NCBI GenBank assembly: GCA_965197905.1 | Contig: CBDAOB010000004.1 | Coordinates: 1,792,001-1,856,000 of the forward strand | Source: Candidatus Latescibacterota bacterium | GTDB lineage: Bacteria > Latescibacterota > UBA2968 > UBA8231 | Direction: 5' to 3' | DNA length: 64,000 nucleotides | In this document: positions 19,747 through 28,611 of the stretch, piece by piece | Position numbering within the stretch: the stretch's first letter is position 1 | Layout of the letters: each line of letters begins with the position of its first letter | Notes under the pieces: generated by a model | Databases searched by the model: none | Seen by the model: the letters and a program-made list of their open reading frames with translations, nothing else | What the model was told of the DNA's origin: nothing | Position numbers and translations under genes: made by a program

Positions 19747-20342
19747 TACGAAAAGCAGTCCTCCTTGCGGTTGGCGCACCTATGCAGGCGCCGGCCGTAA
19801 AACAGCACCGCGCCACTCTGCAGCAGAATTACCAGCAGCAGCAAGGCATGGGTGGTCAAGCAGAACAGTGCGGTGACGAGCCAAACAGCCAGCCAGCTGT
19901 TTCTGCTGGTCCTGGAAAATTCGAGAAAAGCGGCGACACAGGACATCGCGGCCGCCAACACCAGTGGGGCACTCGATACCGTAGTAGCCAGGCTGACAAA
20001 AAACGGCGATGTCGCAAGCAGGGTCATGGCGCCAGGGGCGGCGTGGGCGCCTCCCAGGCCGCGCATCACGGCGTGAATGATCGCCAGCGCCACCAATCCG
20101 GTAACCACCCCCAAGAGTCGCACCCATACCAGATCGTCATTGACAGAGGTCCACCCGTACAAGAGGACCACGAACAGCGGATCCACCGTAGCGGCGATGT
20201 CTACCCCAGGCTCCTGCGCCAATGCAATCCGTGCGGATTCGACCGTCGTTGGTGTGCCATGGTTTGCCGCGAAGGCGGCGGCCGCGGCGAATACGACCAG
20301 GAATGGGAGGAGAGGTTGAAATCTCGAGCGGACTGATTGCAC
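19743..20342 (-). CDS. Polytopic membrane protein resembling the N-terminal half of a GT-C (PMT/ArnT-like) glycosyltransferase; probably truncated
   Basis: DPLF..LLYGW...VWVRLL, LLATSPFFV; several TMs; about 200 aa, short for the family. Confidence 0.55.
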   Translation of the reverse strand: MQSVRSRFQPLLPFLVVFAAAAAFAANHGTPTTVESARIALAQEPGVDIAATVDPLFVVLLYGWTSVNDDLVWVRLLGVVTGLVALAIIHAVMRGLGGAHAAPGAMTLLATSPFFVSLATTVSSAPLVLAAAMSCVAAFLEFSRTSRNSWLAVWLVTALFCLTTHALLLLVILLQSGAVLFYGRRLHRCANRKEDCFSY

Positions 20343-20504
20343 GGCAGGCCCCAGGGGGTGGGCGGCAGAAAGGGGAACGTTGAGGAGAACATAATGGGGG
20401 TTCCTGTCTGCCGTCAAACGACATTGACAACGCTCTTCGTTTTCGTGTATATACTAGTGATTGTTTGGGATAAGTGCCTTCGAAACAGCCATTTCCGAGT
20501 TTTC

Positions 20505-21860
20505 GTGCCGGTCTCACAAAAAACCTTCTGGACCTACGGTGTTCTGTCGCTTTCGCTGTTGTTGTCACCCGCGCCCGCCGTGGCCAAAGTCGTCTATCAC
20601 CTCAAGGTCCACACCGAAAGCGGCATGATCGATCCCGGGATCGCCGCGTTCGTCGAGCGCGTGGTGGGCGAGGTCGATTCCGCCGAATCTGCAGCGATCG
20701 TCTTCGACATCGACACCTTTGGCGGCCGCGTCGATGCCGCAACGGTCATCCGCGACGCCATTCTCGACACCGACCTGTTGACCATCGCGTTTGTCAACAA
20801 GCGAGCCATCTCCGCCGGCGCTCTCATATCATTGGCCTGCGACAAGATCGTCATGACCCAGGCCTCGACCATCGGTGCCACCACGCCGGTAGACATGGGT
20901 GGGGAAAAGGCCAGCGACAAGGTGACCTCCTACATGCGGGCGGAGATGCGCGCCACCGCCGAACGGACCGGTCGCGATCCGAAAATCGCCGAAGCGATGG
21001 TGGACGAACGGGTGGACATCCCCGGGTTGAGCGCCGAGGCCGGTCGCCCGGCCACCTTGACCACCGAACAGGCGCTGCATTACCAGATTGCCGACGAGAC
21101 GGCGGAAACCCTGTACGAGGTGTTGCAGATCTACGATCTGGCCGACGCCGAGATCGTCGAGGTCGAGCTAACCTGGGCCGAACATGTGGTCCGCTTGCTG
21201 ACCCACCCGATTGTTACATCGTTGTTGCTGGCCGTGGCCATGTTCGGCCTGATCGCCGAGGTGCGGACACCCGGTTGGGGCCTGGGAGGCAGCCTGGCCC
21301 TCATCGCGCTGACGCTTTTCTTCGGCAGCAATCTCCTGGTACGTCTGGCGGAGTGGTGGGAACTGTTGCTGTTTGGTGTAGGGTTCGGGTTGTTGCTGAT
21401 CGAGGTGGTAGCCGTACCCGGCTTTGGCGTCGTTGGGGTCTCCGGCATCGCGTTCATGGGTGCCAGCATCGTTTTGACCCAGCTGCCGGGCGTAGAGTTC
21501 GAGTGGTGGAGCGTGGAGGAGGTATCCGATGTCGTGGGCCGCATGGCGCTCTCGATGATCGCTGCCGTGGTTTTGTCGCTCGTATTTCTACGCGCGCTGC
21601 CGAAGTTTGCCGCCTTCAATCGCCTCATTCTCAAGAGTGAGACCCGCGCTTCGGAGGGTTACGTCTCGGCTTCCACCGAAGAGGACGAACAGCTCGTCGA
21701 CCAGGAGGGGATCACCCTGACGGATCTGCGTCCCGTCGGCATCGGCCTGTTCGGCGGCCGGCGGATCAACATTACCGCCGAAGGGGAGTTCATCGAACAG
21801 CAGCGCCCCGTAAGGATCGTCGAAGCGCACGGTAGCCGGATCGTGGTGAGGACTCTTTGA
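20505..21860 (+). CDS. Long NfeD (YqeZ-like) membrane-bound ClpP-class serine protease
   Basis: DIDTFGGRVDAA, AISAGALISLA, STIGA; TM block; C-terminal OB fold (TDLRPVG). Start uncertain. Confidence 0.9.
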   Translation: MPVSQKTFWTYGVLSLSLLLSPAPAVAKVVYHLKVHTESGMIDPGIAAFVERVVGEVDSAESAAIVFDIDTFGGRVDAATVIRDAILDTDLLTIAFVNKRAISAGALISLACDKIVMTQASTIGATTPVDMGGEKASDKVTSYMRAEMRATAERTGRDPKIAEAMVDERVDIPGLSAEAGRPATLTTEQALHYQIADETAETLYEVLQIYDLADAEIVEVELTWAEHVVRLLTHPIVTSLLLAVAMFGLIAEVRTPGWGLGGSLALIALTLFFGSNLLVRLAEWWELLLFGVGFGLLLIEVVAVPGFGVVGVSGIAFMGASIVLTQLPGVEFEWWSVEEVSDVVGRMALSMIAAVVLSLVFLRALPKFAAFNRLILKSETRASEGYVSASTEEDEQLVDQEGITLTDLRPVGIGLFGGRRINITAEGEFIEQQRPVRIVEAHGSRIVVRTL

Positions 21861-22369
21861 CTCCCGACGCATGGGCGCCGCTGATCTATTCGCTGCTTTT
21901 GCTGATCCTCGGTTTTGGCTTGATCCTTCTTGAGATCTTCGTTATTCCCGGCATCAATATCTTTGGTATCGTCGGATTTCTCACCATGAGTGCCGGCGTG
22001 TGGTACGCCTACGCCAAGCTCGGGACCGGATCGGCCGCGGCGGTCGCCGTGCTCGGATTGGGAGGAACCTTCGTTCTCGTCCGTTTGCTCATACGGGTTC
22101 GGGCCTGGCACCGGATCGTGCTTGATACCGATACTGGAAAGAATCGGGGATACGATTCCTCTGCCCCGGGGCTGGAGGATCTCAACGGCCTGTCGGGAGA
22201 AGCGCTGACACCCCTGCGTCCGGCGGGTCGCGCCAAGATTGGGGAGCGTATCATTGACGTGGTAACCGAAGGTGATTTCGTTTCCACCGGAGAGCCGATC
22301 GAGGTGGTCGAGATCGGCGGCAACCGCGTGGTCGTGCAAAAAGCGGCCAACAAAGGAGAACTAGGGTGA
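21857..22369 (+). CDS. Short NfeD-family protein
   Basis: [11 protein letters not shown] segment; [24 protein letters not shown] domain. Confidence 0.88.
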   Translation: MTPDAWAPLIYSLLLLILGFGLILLEIFVIPGINIFGIVGFLTMSAGVWYAYAKLGTGSAAAVAVLGLGGTFVLVRLLIRVRAWHRIVLDTDTGKNRGYDSSAPGLEDLNGLSGEALTPLRPAGRAKIGERIIDVVTEGDFVSTGEPIEVVEIGGNRVVVQKAANKGELG

Positions 22370-23355
22370 CGCAAATCCTTTTCCTGCTGTTGATACTGTT
22401 GGGCATCGTCGTTTTCCTGGCCCTGTTCACCTACTTCGTACCCATCGGGCTCTGGATTACCGCCTTTTTCGCCGGGGTGCGCGTGAGCATCTTCAAGGAT
22501 CTCGTCGGTATGCGCCTGCGGAAGGTCCCCCCGGCCGCCATCGTGCGACCCAAGATCAGCATCACCAAGGCGGGTCTCGACGTGGACCTGGACCGGATGG
22601 AGGCGCATTTTCTCGCCGGCGGCAACGTCGAAGCCGTCATTTTCGCCCTCATTTCTGCAGACAAAGCGAATATCCCGCTGACCTTTGAACGGGCGGCGAG
22701 CATTGATCTGGCCGGGCGCGACGTACTGGAGGCGGTGCGTGTCAGCGTCAATCCGAAAGTGATCAACACGCCGCTGATCGCCGCTGTGGCTAAAGACGGT
22801 ATCCAGCTCAAAGCCACCTCCCGGGTCACCGTGCGAGCCAACATCGACCGTCTGGTGGGTGGCGCCGGTGAGGAAACGATAATCGCCCGGGTTGGTGAAG
22901 GCATCGTAACCACCATCGGTTCGGCAGACACCCACAAGGCGGTGCTGGAGAATCCCGACAGCATCTCCCAGCGGGTGCTCGACAAGGGACTCGACTCAGG
23001 CACGGCTTTTGAGATCCTCTCCATCGACATTGCCGACGTCGACGTGGGCGAGAATATCGGCGCCAAGCTACAAACCGATCAGGCCGAAGCGGATCTCAAG
23101 ATCGCCCAGGCCAAGGCGGAAGAGCGACGCGCCATGGCCCAGGCACGGGAGCAGGAGATGCGCGCGCTAGTGGAGGAGATGAGCGCCCGCGTGAAAGAGG
23201 CGGAAGCCGAGGTCCCGCTCGCCATCGCCGAGTCATTTCGTACCGGCAGCCTGGGCATCATGGATTATTACCGCATGCGCAACATCCAAGCCGATACCGA
23301 CATGCGTACATCCATTTCCCAAACCGACCCCGAAGACCAGAACCCAAATCAGTGA
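22366..23355 (+). CDS. floA: Flotillin-like protein FloA (YqfA family)
   Basis: [59 protein letters not shown]...ADT.MR. Confidence 0.95.
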   Translation: MTQILFLLLILLGIVVFLALFTYFVPIGLWITAFFAGVRVSIFKDLVGMRLRKVPPAAIVRPKISITKAGLDVDLDRMEAHFLAGGNVEAVIFALISADKANIPLTFERAASIDLAGRDVLEAVRVSVNPKVINTPLIAAVAKDGIQLKATSRVTVRANIDRLVGGAGEETIIARVGEGIVTTIGSADTHKAVLENPDSISQRVLDKGLDSGTAFEILSIDIADVDVGENIGAKLQTDQAEADLKIAQAKAEERRAMAQAREQEMRALVEEMSARVKEAEAEVPLAIAESFRTGSLGIMDYYRMRNIQADTDMRTSISQTDPEDQNPNQ

Positions 23356-23375
23356 TTAAGTTGCAGACAAACTAG

Positions 23376-23852
23376 ATGGAACAGCTACTATTTCTGCTTT
23401 TTGTGTTATTCAGCGTCGGTTCGGCGCTGCTGGAACGGCGGAAGCGCAAGTTAGCCAGACAGCGCGAAGAGGAGGCCGCCCAAAGGGGTGAACAGGCCGT
23501 AGATTCGGAGGAAGAAGATCAGACTTGGTCCTTCCCGACTACGGATCCATTTGAATTGGAGCCGCCGCCGGGGCGCATCTCGACGGAAGAATTGGAGCGC
23601 CAGGCTTTGGAGGCCGCGCAGCACACGCAGGAGATGGAAGAGCGGGCGCGGCAATTGGAACGACAGGCTCTGGAGGTAGCGCCGCGCCGCCGGGTCGAGG
23701 AACTGGTCCGAGAGTCGCTGCAGCACAAACAAACACGGCGGGCTCCGGGTCGCTCGAAGGGTTGGACCATCTCGGCCGCAGAGGCGCGTCGTGGGATCAT
23801 CTACGCCGAGATTCTCGGCAAACCGAAAGCTATGCGCCGGGAGGGCGACTGA
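23376..23852 (+). CDS. YqfB-like membrane-anchored protein
   Basis: N-terminal TM, charged linker, C-terminal RRGIIYAEILGKPKA; follows floA as in yqeZ-floA-yqfB. Confidence 0.7.
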   Translation: MEQLLFLLFVLFSVGSALLERRKRKLARQREEEAAQRGEQAVDSEEEDQTWSFPTTDPFELEPPPGRISTEELERQALEAAQHTQEMEERARQLERQALEVAPRRRVEELVRESLQHKQTRRAPGRSKGWTISAAEARRGIIYAEILGKPKAMRREGD

Positions 23853-23953
23853 GTCGGAAGGGACCTGCCCGAGTTGGGGAAGGCGGTCTAACGAACCGCT
23901 GCTTTACAGTGCCGGAGGCCGCCTGTATTTTACCGCTGGTTTTTCGAACCATC

Positions 23954-24040
23954 GCCGAAGTGGCGGAACTGGTAGACGCGCTGGATTCAAAATCCAGTGG
24001 GGGCAACTCCGTGTGGGTTCGAGTCCCACCTTCGGCACCA
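23954..24040 (+). tRNA. tRNA-Leu(CAA)
   Basis: GCCGAAG...CTTCGGC-A-CCA acceptor; anticodon arm CTGGA-TTCAAAA-TCCAG; long variable arm; GGTTCGAGTCC. Confidence 0.97.
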
Positions 24041-24053
24041 TTGGTAGAAACAG

Positions 24054-24090
24054 AGGACGTGCGCCGAGCAAACACGGCGTCGTCCTTTTG
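24054..24090 (+). terminator. Probable terminator after tRNA-Leu
   Basis: AGGACG..GCCG / CGGC..CGTCCT stem followed by TTTT. Confidence 0.55.
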
Positions 24091-24201
24091 TCATTTCAGG
24101 ATTGGTTGGCGTGGGCGTCGCGCCCCTGCATCCATTTGACGATGAAATCAATGGGATCGACGTGAGCCACCTGCAGGATCGGATCTGACAAGGTCAGCAC
24201 G

Positions 24202-26499
24202 GTGGCATCATGCCTACGACGGCGGGAGGGACCTCTAACGAGGCCAGCGAACTTCCGCGTGTGCGGTCACGAAGAGCGCTCAAACCGAATCGCCTTGCTC
24301 CTGGCGGTCGTCATCTTCTGCGGGACCCCGTGTTGGAGCCAGATGATGACCGGCATCGTAACCGACACGGCAGGCGCCCCGGTTCGCGGAGCCCGGGTGG
24401 TCTTTGAGGAAGTTCCAGGGGGCGATCGATTCCTTTCGATCACCGGAGAGCAGGGCGCCTTCGCGACGAATCTCGCCTTGTCACCCACCGTGATCGCCAC
24501 CAACGCGGAAGCCCGTCCATCGTCCGTCGCGCTTTACCAGAATCATCCAAATCCGTTCAATCCCGCCACCGTCATTGGTTTTTCACTCTCGCACGCGACT
24601 GCCACGCAGCTGGCCGTCTACAACATTCTCGGCCAACGGGTAAAAATTCTCGTCGACGACTGGCTGGCGCCGGGATTCTATGAGGCGACTTGGGACGGGA
24701 CGAACCAGATTGGCGCAGGAGTGGCGGCCGGTGTCTATCTTTATCGTCTGGCGACGCCAACCTACGAAACATCTCGAAAAATGCTACTGCTGGATGGCAC
24801 CGCCGCCGCCACCGGCGGCCGTGTGCAGGCGACAAAGCAGCTGCCGGCAGCGCGACGAGCACAGCAGCGGGTTTTCCAGGTCAGAGTGACCAGTGCTCGG
24901 ATCGAACCCCACACAGTGGACCCCTTCGTAGTGGAGGACGATACAGCTCTGGAGATTGAGGTGGAGCGTCGTGGAAGGCAGCTGGTGGTGGAAGATATGG
25001 ACGGCGACGGGCAATCAGACCTCCTCACCCTGCTGGATGGGGACGAAGCGCTGGAAACACACGTTCAGGATCTCGACCTGAACCATCAATTGGACAGTTT
25101 TGTGTTTGTTCGCGAGCAGGTCGCTGCCTCGGGGGCGCTCGTAACCAGCGAGACCCGGATTGCGGAAACAACCGACAGCGTATGGGTCAGGTCGAGTTTT
25201 ACGATCGAAGCCACCGGCATGGGACCCTCGGTGCTGAGCTTTCGCCTGCAGCCGAAAGAAAGTGTCCTCAGCAGTCTGGATCTTGAGGACCCGGAGCGAG
25301 TCATCCGAGAGGCGTCCAGTCTCGTACCTAGTATCGTGGCCGCCGACAACGGGTGGTTGCAGCTGCAAATTCCGAACGTCTTGGCGCCGGACGCGCACCA
25401 GATCGATTACTTCGGCGGGCCGCAGATCACCGTTCTCGAAGCGGATTCCGTGATCCAATGGTCTTTCCGCGACGAGGCTCGCCGCGATGTGGAGTATGCG
25501 GTGGCGGCGTTGGAAGGGACCGCATCAGGTCCAGAACCACCCATTACCTTCCAGATCGAGAGCAGCTTCCCCCTCAGCCGGGACCATCTCCAGGTGCATG
25601 CAGTGTCTCCCGAGGTGGGGGTGGTTGAACTGCAGCCGCTCCTGGAAGTCCAACGCCAACGACGTCTAAACGGAAGGGCGGTATGGGAGCACATGGTAGC
25701 GGTTAACTGGCAGCCCCCCAATAAGGGACTCTACCGTCTGATCCTGCGGATCGAGAAGGAGGGGGTGGTGGTGTCCGAAAGCCTGATATGGCATCTACAG
25801 ACCCGACGACCGCCGCTGGAACTGAACCTGATTGGTGGAGCGCGGCACCTGATGGTGCACGTGGCGAGTGGTCCGTTTACCATGGGCTCCGACCGAGGAT
25901 TCGCCAACGAGCGACCCCAGCACCGCGTGGAGCTAGAAGGGTTCTATCTCGACCGCACTGAAGTTACGAACAAGCAGTGGAACGCTTATGCTGCTTTTCT
26001 GGGCATTTCACTGAAGCAGGGGCTTGACGACCACCCTGTCGTAGACGTCAGCTGGTCTGAAGCCGCCGAGTACTGTCGCTGGGCGGGATTGCGATTGCCG
26101 ACGGAGGCGGAGTGGGAAAAAGGAGCCCGTGGGGTCGAAGCCCGGACCTACCCGTGGGGGGAGTCGATCAGCGGCAGGCAGGCCAATTATGTTGACAGCG
26201 GCGATCCCTTCGACAACAGTACCACGCCCGTGGGACTCTTCCCCGACGGGAGTTCCCCTTCTGGAGCCCTGGACATGGCAGGGAACGTGTGGGAGTGGGT
26301 GGCGGATTGGTTCGACGAAAGGTATTACGCCTCCAGTCCGGCACGCAATCCACCAGGCCCTTCCAGTGGGCCGGGAAGGGTGCTTCGGGGGGGATCGTGG
26401 ATAAACCTTCCGCTGAGTTTGCGGACCACCCATCGCGGCGGCCGGGAGCCGATGGATCGCACTGACTTCATCGGATTTCGCTGCGCCCGCGATGAATAG
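24202..26499 (+). CDS. Secreted protein with internal FlgD/T9SS-CTD-like domain and C-terminal FGE-sulfatase (SUMF1-fold) domain
   Basis: Signal peptide; YQNHPNPFNP...YNILGQRVK...WDG...GVYLYRL; F.MGS, EVTN, RLPTEAEWEK, DMAGNVWEW, GFRC. Start uncertain. Confidence 0.88.
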   Translation: MASCLRRREGPLTRPANFRVCGHEERSNRIALLLAVVIFCGTPCWSQMMTGIVTDTAGAPVRGARVVFEEVPGGDRFLSITGEQGAFATNLALSPTVIATNAEARPSSVALYQNHPNPFNPATVIGFSLSHATATQLAVYNILGQRVKILVDDWLAPGFYEATWDGTNQIGAGVAAGVYLYRLATPTYETSRKMLLLDGTAAATGGRVQATKQLPAARRAQQRVFQVRVTSARIEPHTVDPFVVEDDTALEIEVERRGRQLVVEDMDGDGQSDLLTLLDGDEALETHVQDLDLNHQLDSFVFVREQVAASGALVTSETRIAETTDSVWVRSSFTIEATGMGPSVLSFRLQPKESVLSSLDLEDPERVIREASSLVPSIVAADNGWLQLQIPNVLAPDAHQIDYFGGPQITVLEADSVIQWSFRDEARRDVEYAVAALEGTASGPEPPITFQIESSFPLSRDHLQVHAVSPEVGVVELQPLLEVQRQRRLNGRAVWEHMVAVNWQPPNKGLYRLILRIEKEGVVVSESLIWHLQTRRPPLELNLIGGARHLMVHVASGPFTMGSDRGFANERPQHRVELEGFYLDRTEVTNKQWNAYAAFLGISLKQGLDDHPVVDVSWSEAAEYCRWAGLRLPTEAEWEKGARGVEARTYPWGESISGRQANYVDSGDPFDNSTTPVGLFPDGSSPSGALDMAGNVWEWVADWFDERYYASSPARNPPGPSSGPGRVLRGGSWINLPLSLRTTHRGGREPMDRTDFIGFRCARDE

Positions 26500-26608
26500 G
26501 CGCGGCCTTCAACCGCGAAAAATTCCGACCTAAAACTGGCAATCCCTTGAACCGGTTGTGGTTACCCGAATCCCTGACACCCACGCCCCATATATCACCA
26601 ACTTTTTG

Positions 26609-26637
26609 TTGCTATGGGCGTATCAGCGCCGTATCAT
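26609..26637 (+). promoter_or_regulatory. Possible sigma70-type promoter for the sigma factor gene
   Basis: TTGCTA-N17-TATCAT. Confidence 0.4.
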
Positions 26638-26729
26638 AACATTGATCTATTCACACCGAGTCGCGACCCATTCCGACCGTCAGGGCCGCCGTTTCGGCAC
26701 GTTCCTCAAAACCAAAGAATAGGGGCTAT

Positions 26730-27581
26730 ATGCAAGATAGCTTGGGTGATAGGGAAAGCACGTTGCGGCTCTATTTCGACGACATTGCCGATTCCAGACC
26801 GCTCTCGCGCGAGCGCGAGGTGGAGTTGTCGGCCCGAATACAGGACGGCGACATGCAGGCTCGGGATGAATTGGTCCAGGCAAATCTTCGTTTCGTGATA
26901 GACGTTGCCAAGAACTACCAGAATCGAGGGTTGCCGCTGGCGGATCTGATCAGTGCTGGAAATGTCGGACTGCTGACCGCCGCCGACCGCTTTGACGGCA
27001 CCAAAGGGTACAAATTCATCTCCTACGCGGTCTGGTGGATCAAACAGTCCATTCTGCAAACGATCGCCGAACATGCGCGTACCGTGCGACTGCCGATGAA
27101 CAAGGTGAGCTTGCTCAAAGACATCTCCAAGACCTCTCGCCGCCTTGGTCAGGGCCGCGAAGCCGAACCCCGCATCGAAGAAATTGCCGCGGAGCTGGAG
27201 GTGCCCGCTGAGGAAGTGCTAGAAACCATGTTGAGCGCGCGCGCCGTGCGCTCGCTGGACGAATCCTTCGAAGAGGATGATGAGCGCAATCTGTTGAACA
27301 TCTTGGCCGATACTACCCAAGACAATCCTGACGCGGACGTGTTGTGTGAGTCCGCCAAAGATCAGTTGGAGAGCGTGCTCAACAGTCTGGATGAACGAGA
27401 GCTGCGCATTATCAGGCTCTATTTCGGGTTGGACGGTCACGAAGCTTTGACCCTGGAACAGATCGGCGATCTCATGGGTGTCACCCGTGAGCGCGTGCGT
27501 CAGATCAAGGAACGAGCGCTCAGTCGGCTCCGCCATCCTTCGCGGCATCAGTTCCTGCGCGCGCTTACAGAAGACGTATAA
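26730..27581 (+). CDS. RpoD/RpoS-family sigma70 factor lacking region 1.1 (283 aa)
   Basis: ANLRFV..AK.Y, DLI..GN.GL, KFISYAVWWIKQ, RTVRLP, TLEQIG..MGVTRERVRQI. Confidence 0.94.
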   Translation: MQDSLGDRESTLRLYFDDIADSRPLSREREVELSARIQDGDMQARDELVQANLRFVIDVAKNYQNRGLPLADLISAGNVGLLTAADRFDGTKGYKFISYAVWWIKQSILQTIAEHARTVRLPMNKVSLLKDISKTSRRLGQGREAEPRIEEIAAELEVPAEEVLETMLSARAVRSLDESFEEDDERNLLNILADTTQDNPDADVLCESAKDQLESVLNSLDERELRIIRLYFGLDGHEALTLEQIGDLMGVTRERVRQIKERALSRLRHPSRHQFLRALTEDV

Positions 27582-27626
27582 TCGAGGACTCGGCTCCGCC
27601 ACGGACACTTCAATCTGTCTCTATCG

Positions 27627-27666
27627 AAACGGCACTGCGGTTGCGACCGCGGTGCCGTTTTCCTTC
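27627..27666 (+). terminator. Rho-independent terminator
   Basis: AAACGGCACTGCGGT / ACCGCGGTGCCGTTT hairpin followed by T-rich sequence. Confidence 0.75.
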
Positions 27667-27684
27667 TAACCCGCTGACAATATC

Positions 27685-28581
27685 ATGGATCAGATTTCGA
27701 TTCTTCTTTTGCTGGGAATCGTACTATTCCTCGCCTTACTCGCCTATTTCGTGCCGCTGGGGTTGTGGATCAGCGCGTTCTTCGCCGGGGTGAAGGTGCA
27801 GATCTTCAAAGACCTGGTGGGCATGCGACTGCGAAAGGTACCCCCCGTGGCCATTGTGCGTCCGAAAATCAGCGCCACCAAAGCCGGGCTGCAGGTCGAT
27901 CTGGACCGTATGGAAGCCCACTATCTGGCAGGCGGAAATGTCGAAGCGGTAATCCTGGCGTTGATCTCCGCAGATAAGGCAAATATAGATCTTGCCTTCG
28001 AGCGGGCAGCCAGCATCGACCTGGCCGGACGCGATGTGCTGGAAGCGGTCAAGGTCAGCGTCAACCCAAAGGTCATCAATACCCCGCTCATCACTGCGGT
28101 AGCCAAGGACGGTATTCAGGTGAGAGCAACCTGTCGCGTCACCGTGCGTGCCAATATCGATCGCTTGGTGGGAGGCGCCGGGGAAGAGACGATTATCGCC
28201 CGTGTCGGCGAGGGCATCATCACCAGTATCGGATCTTGCAACAGCCACAAACAGGTGCTGGAAAGCCCAGACCTGATCTCGAAAACGGTGCTGGCCAAAG
28301 GACTGGATTCCGGTTCGGCCTTCGAGATTCTATCCATCGATATAGCGGATGTGGATGTGGGAGAGAATATCGGTGCCAGTCTGCAGACCGATCAGGCCGA
28401 GGCTGACTTAAAAATTGCTCGCGCCAAAGCGGAGGAGCGACGCGCGATGGCCGAGGCGCGTGAGCAGGAGATGACGGCGTTGGTGGAAGAGATGAGTGCG
28501 CGGGTCCGGGAAGCGGAAGCCGAGGTTCCCAAAGCCTTAGCCGAGGCGTTTCGTTCGGGCAACCTGGGCTCCTTGTCCTGA
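27685..28581 (+). CDS. floA: Second FloA paralog, C-terminally shortened (298 aa)
   Basis: Same motifs as 22366-23355, but it stops after GNLGSLS and lacks the MDYY...ADT.MR tail. Confidence 0.9.
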   Translation: MDQISILLLLGIVLFLALLAYFVPLGLWISAFFAGVKVQIFKDLVGMRLRKVPPVAIVRPKISATKAGLQVDLDRMEAHYLAGGNVEAVILALISADKANIDLAFERAASIDLAGRDVLEAVKVSVNPKVINTPLITAVAKDGIQVRATCRVTVRANIDRLVGGAGEETIIARVGEGIITSIGSCNSHKQVLESPDLISKTVLAKGLDSGSAFEILSIDIADVDVGENIGASLQTDQAEADLKIARAKAEERRAMAEAREQEMTALVEEMSARVREAEAEVPKALAEAFRSGNLGSLS

Positions 28582-28611
28582 TCTCGTCGGTCAATCCAGG
28601 GTTTCGGGAGA

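Noticed and set aside
20424..20455. sigma70 promoter for nfeD (TTGACA...TATACT)
   Set aside because: The spacer to the best -10 hexamer is 20 bp, too long to call.
25840..26499. True formylglycine-generating enzyme activity in the FGE-fold domains
   Set aside because: The catalytic Cys pair after RGGS is absent in all three domains (RGGSWINLP, RGNGWFYVD, RGGSLADQN).
23954..28600. Genomic island integrated at tRNA-Leu
   Set aside because: No integrase and no duplicated tRNA 3' end seen in the window.
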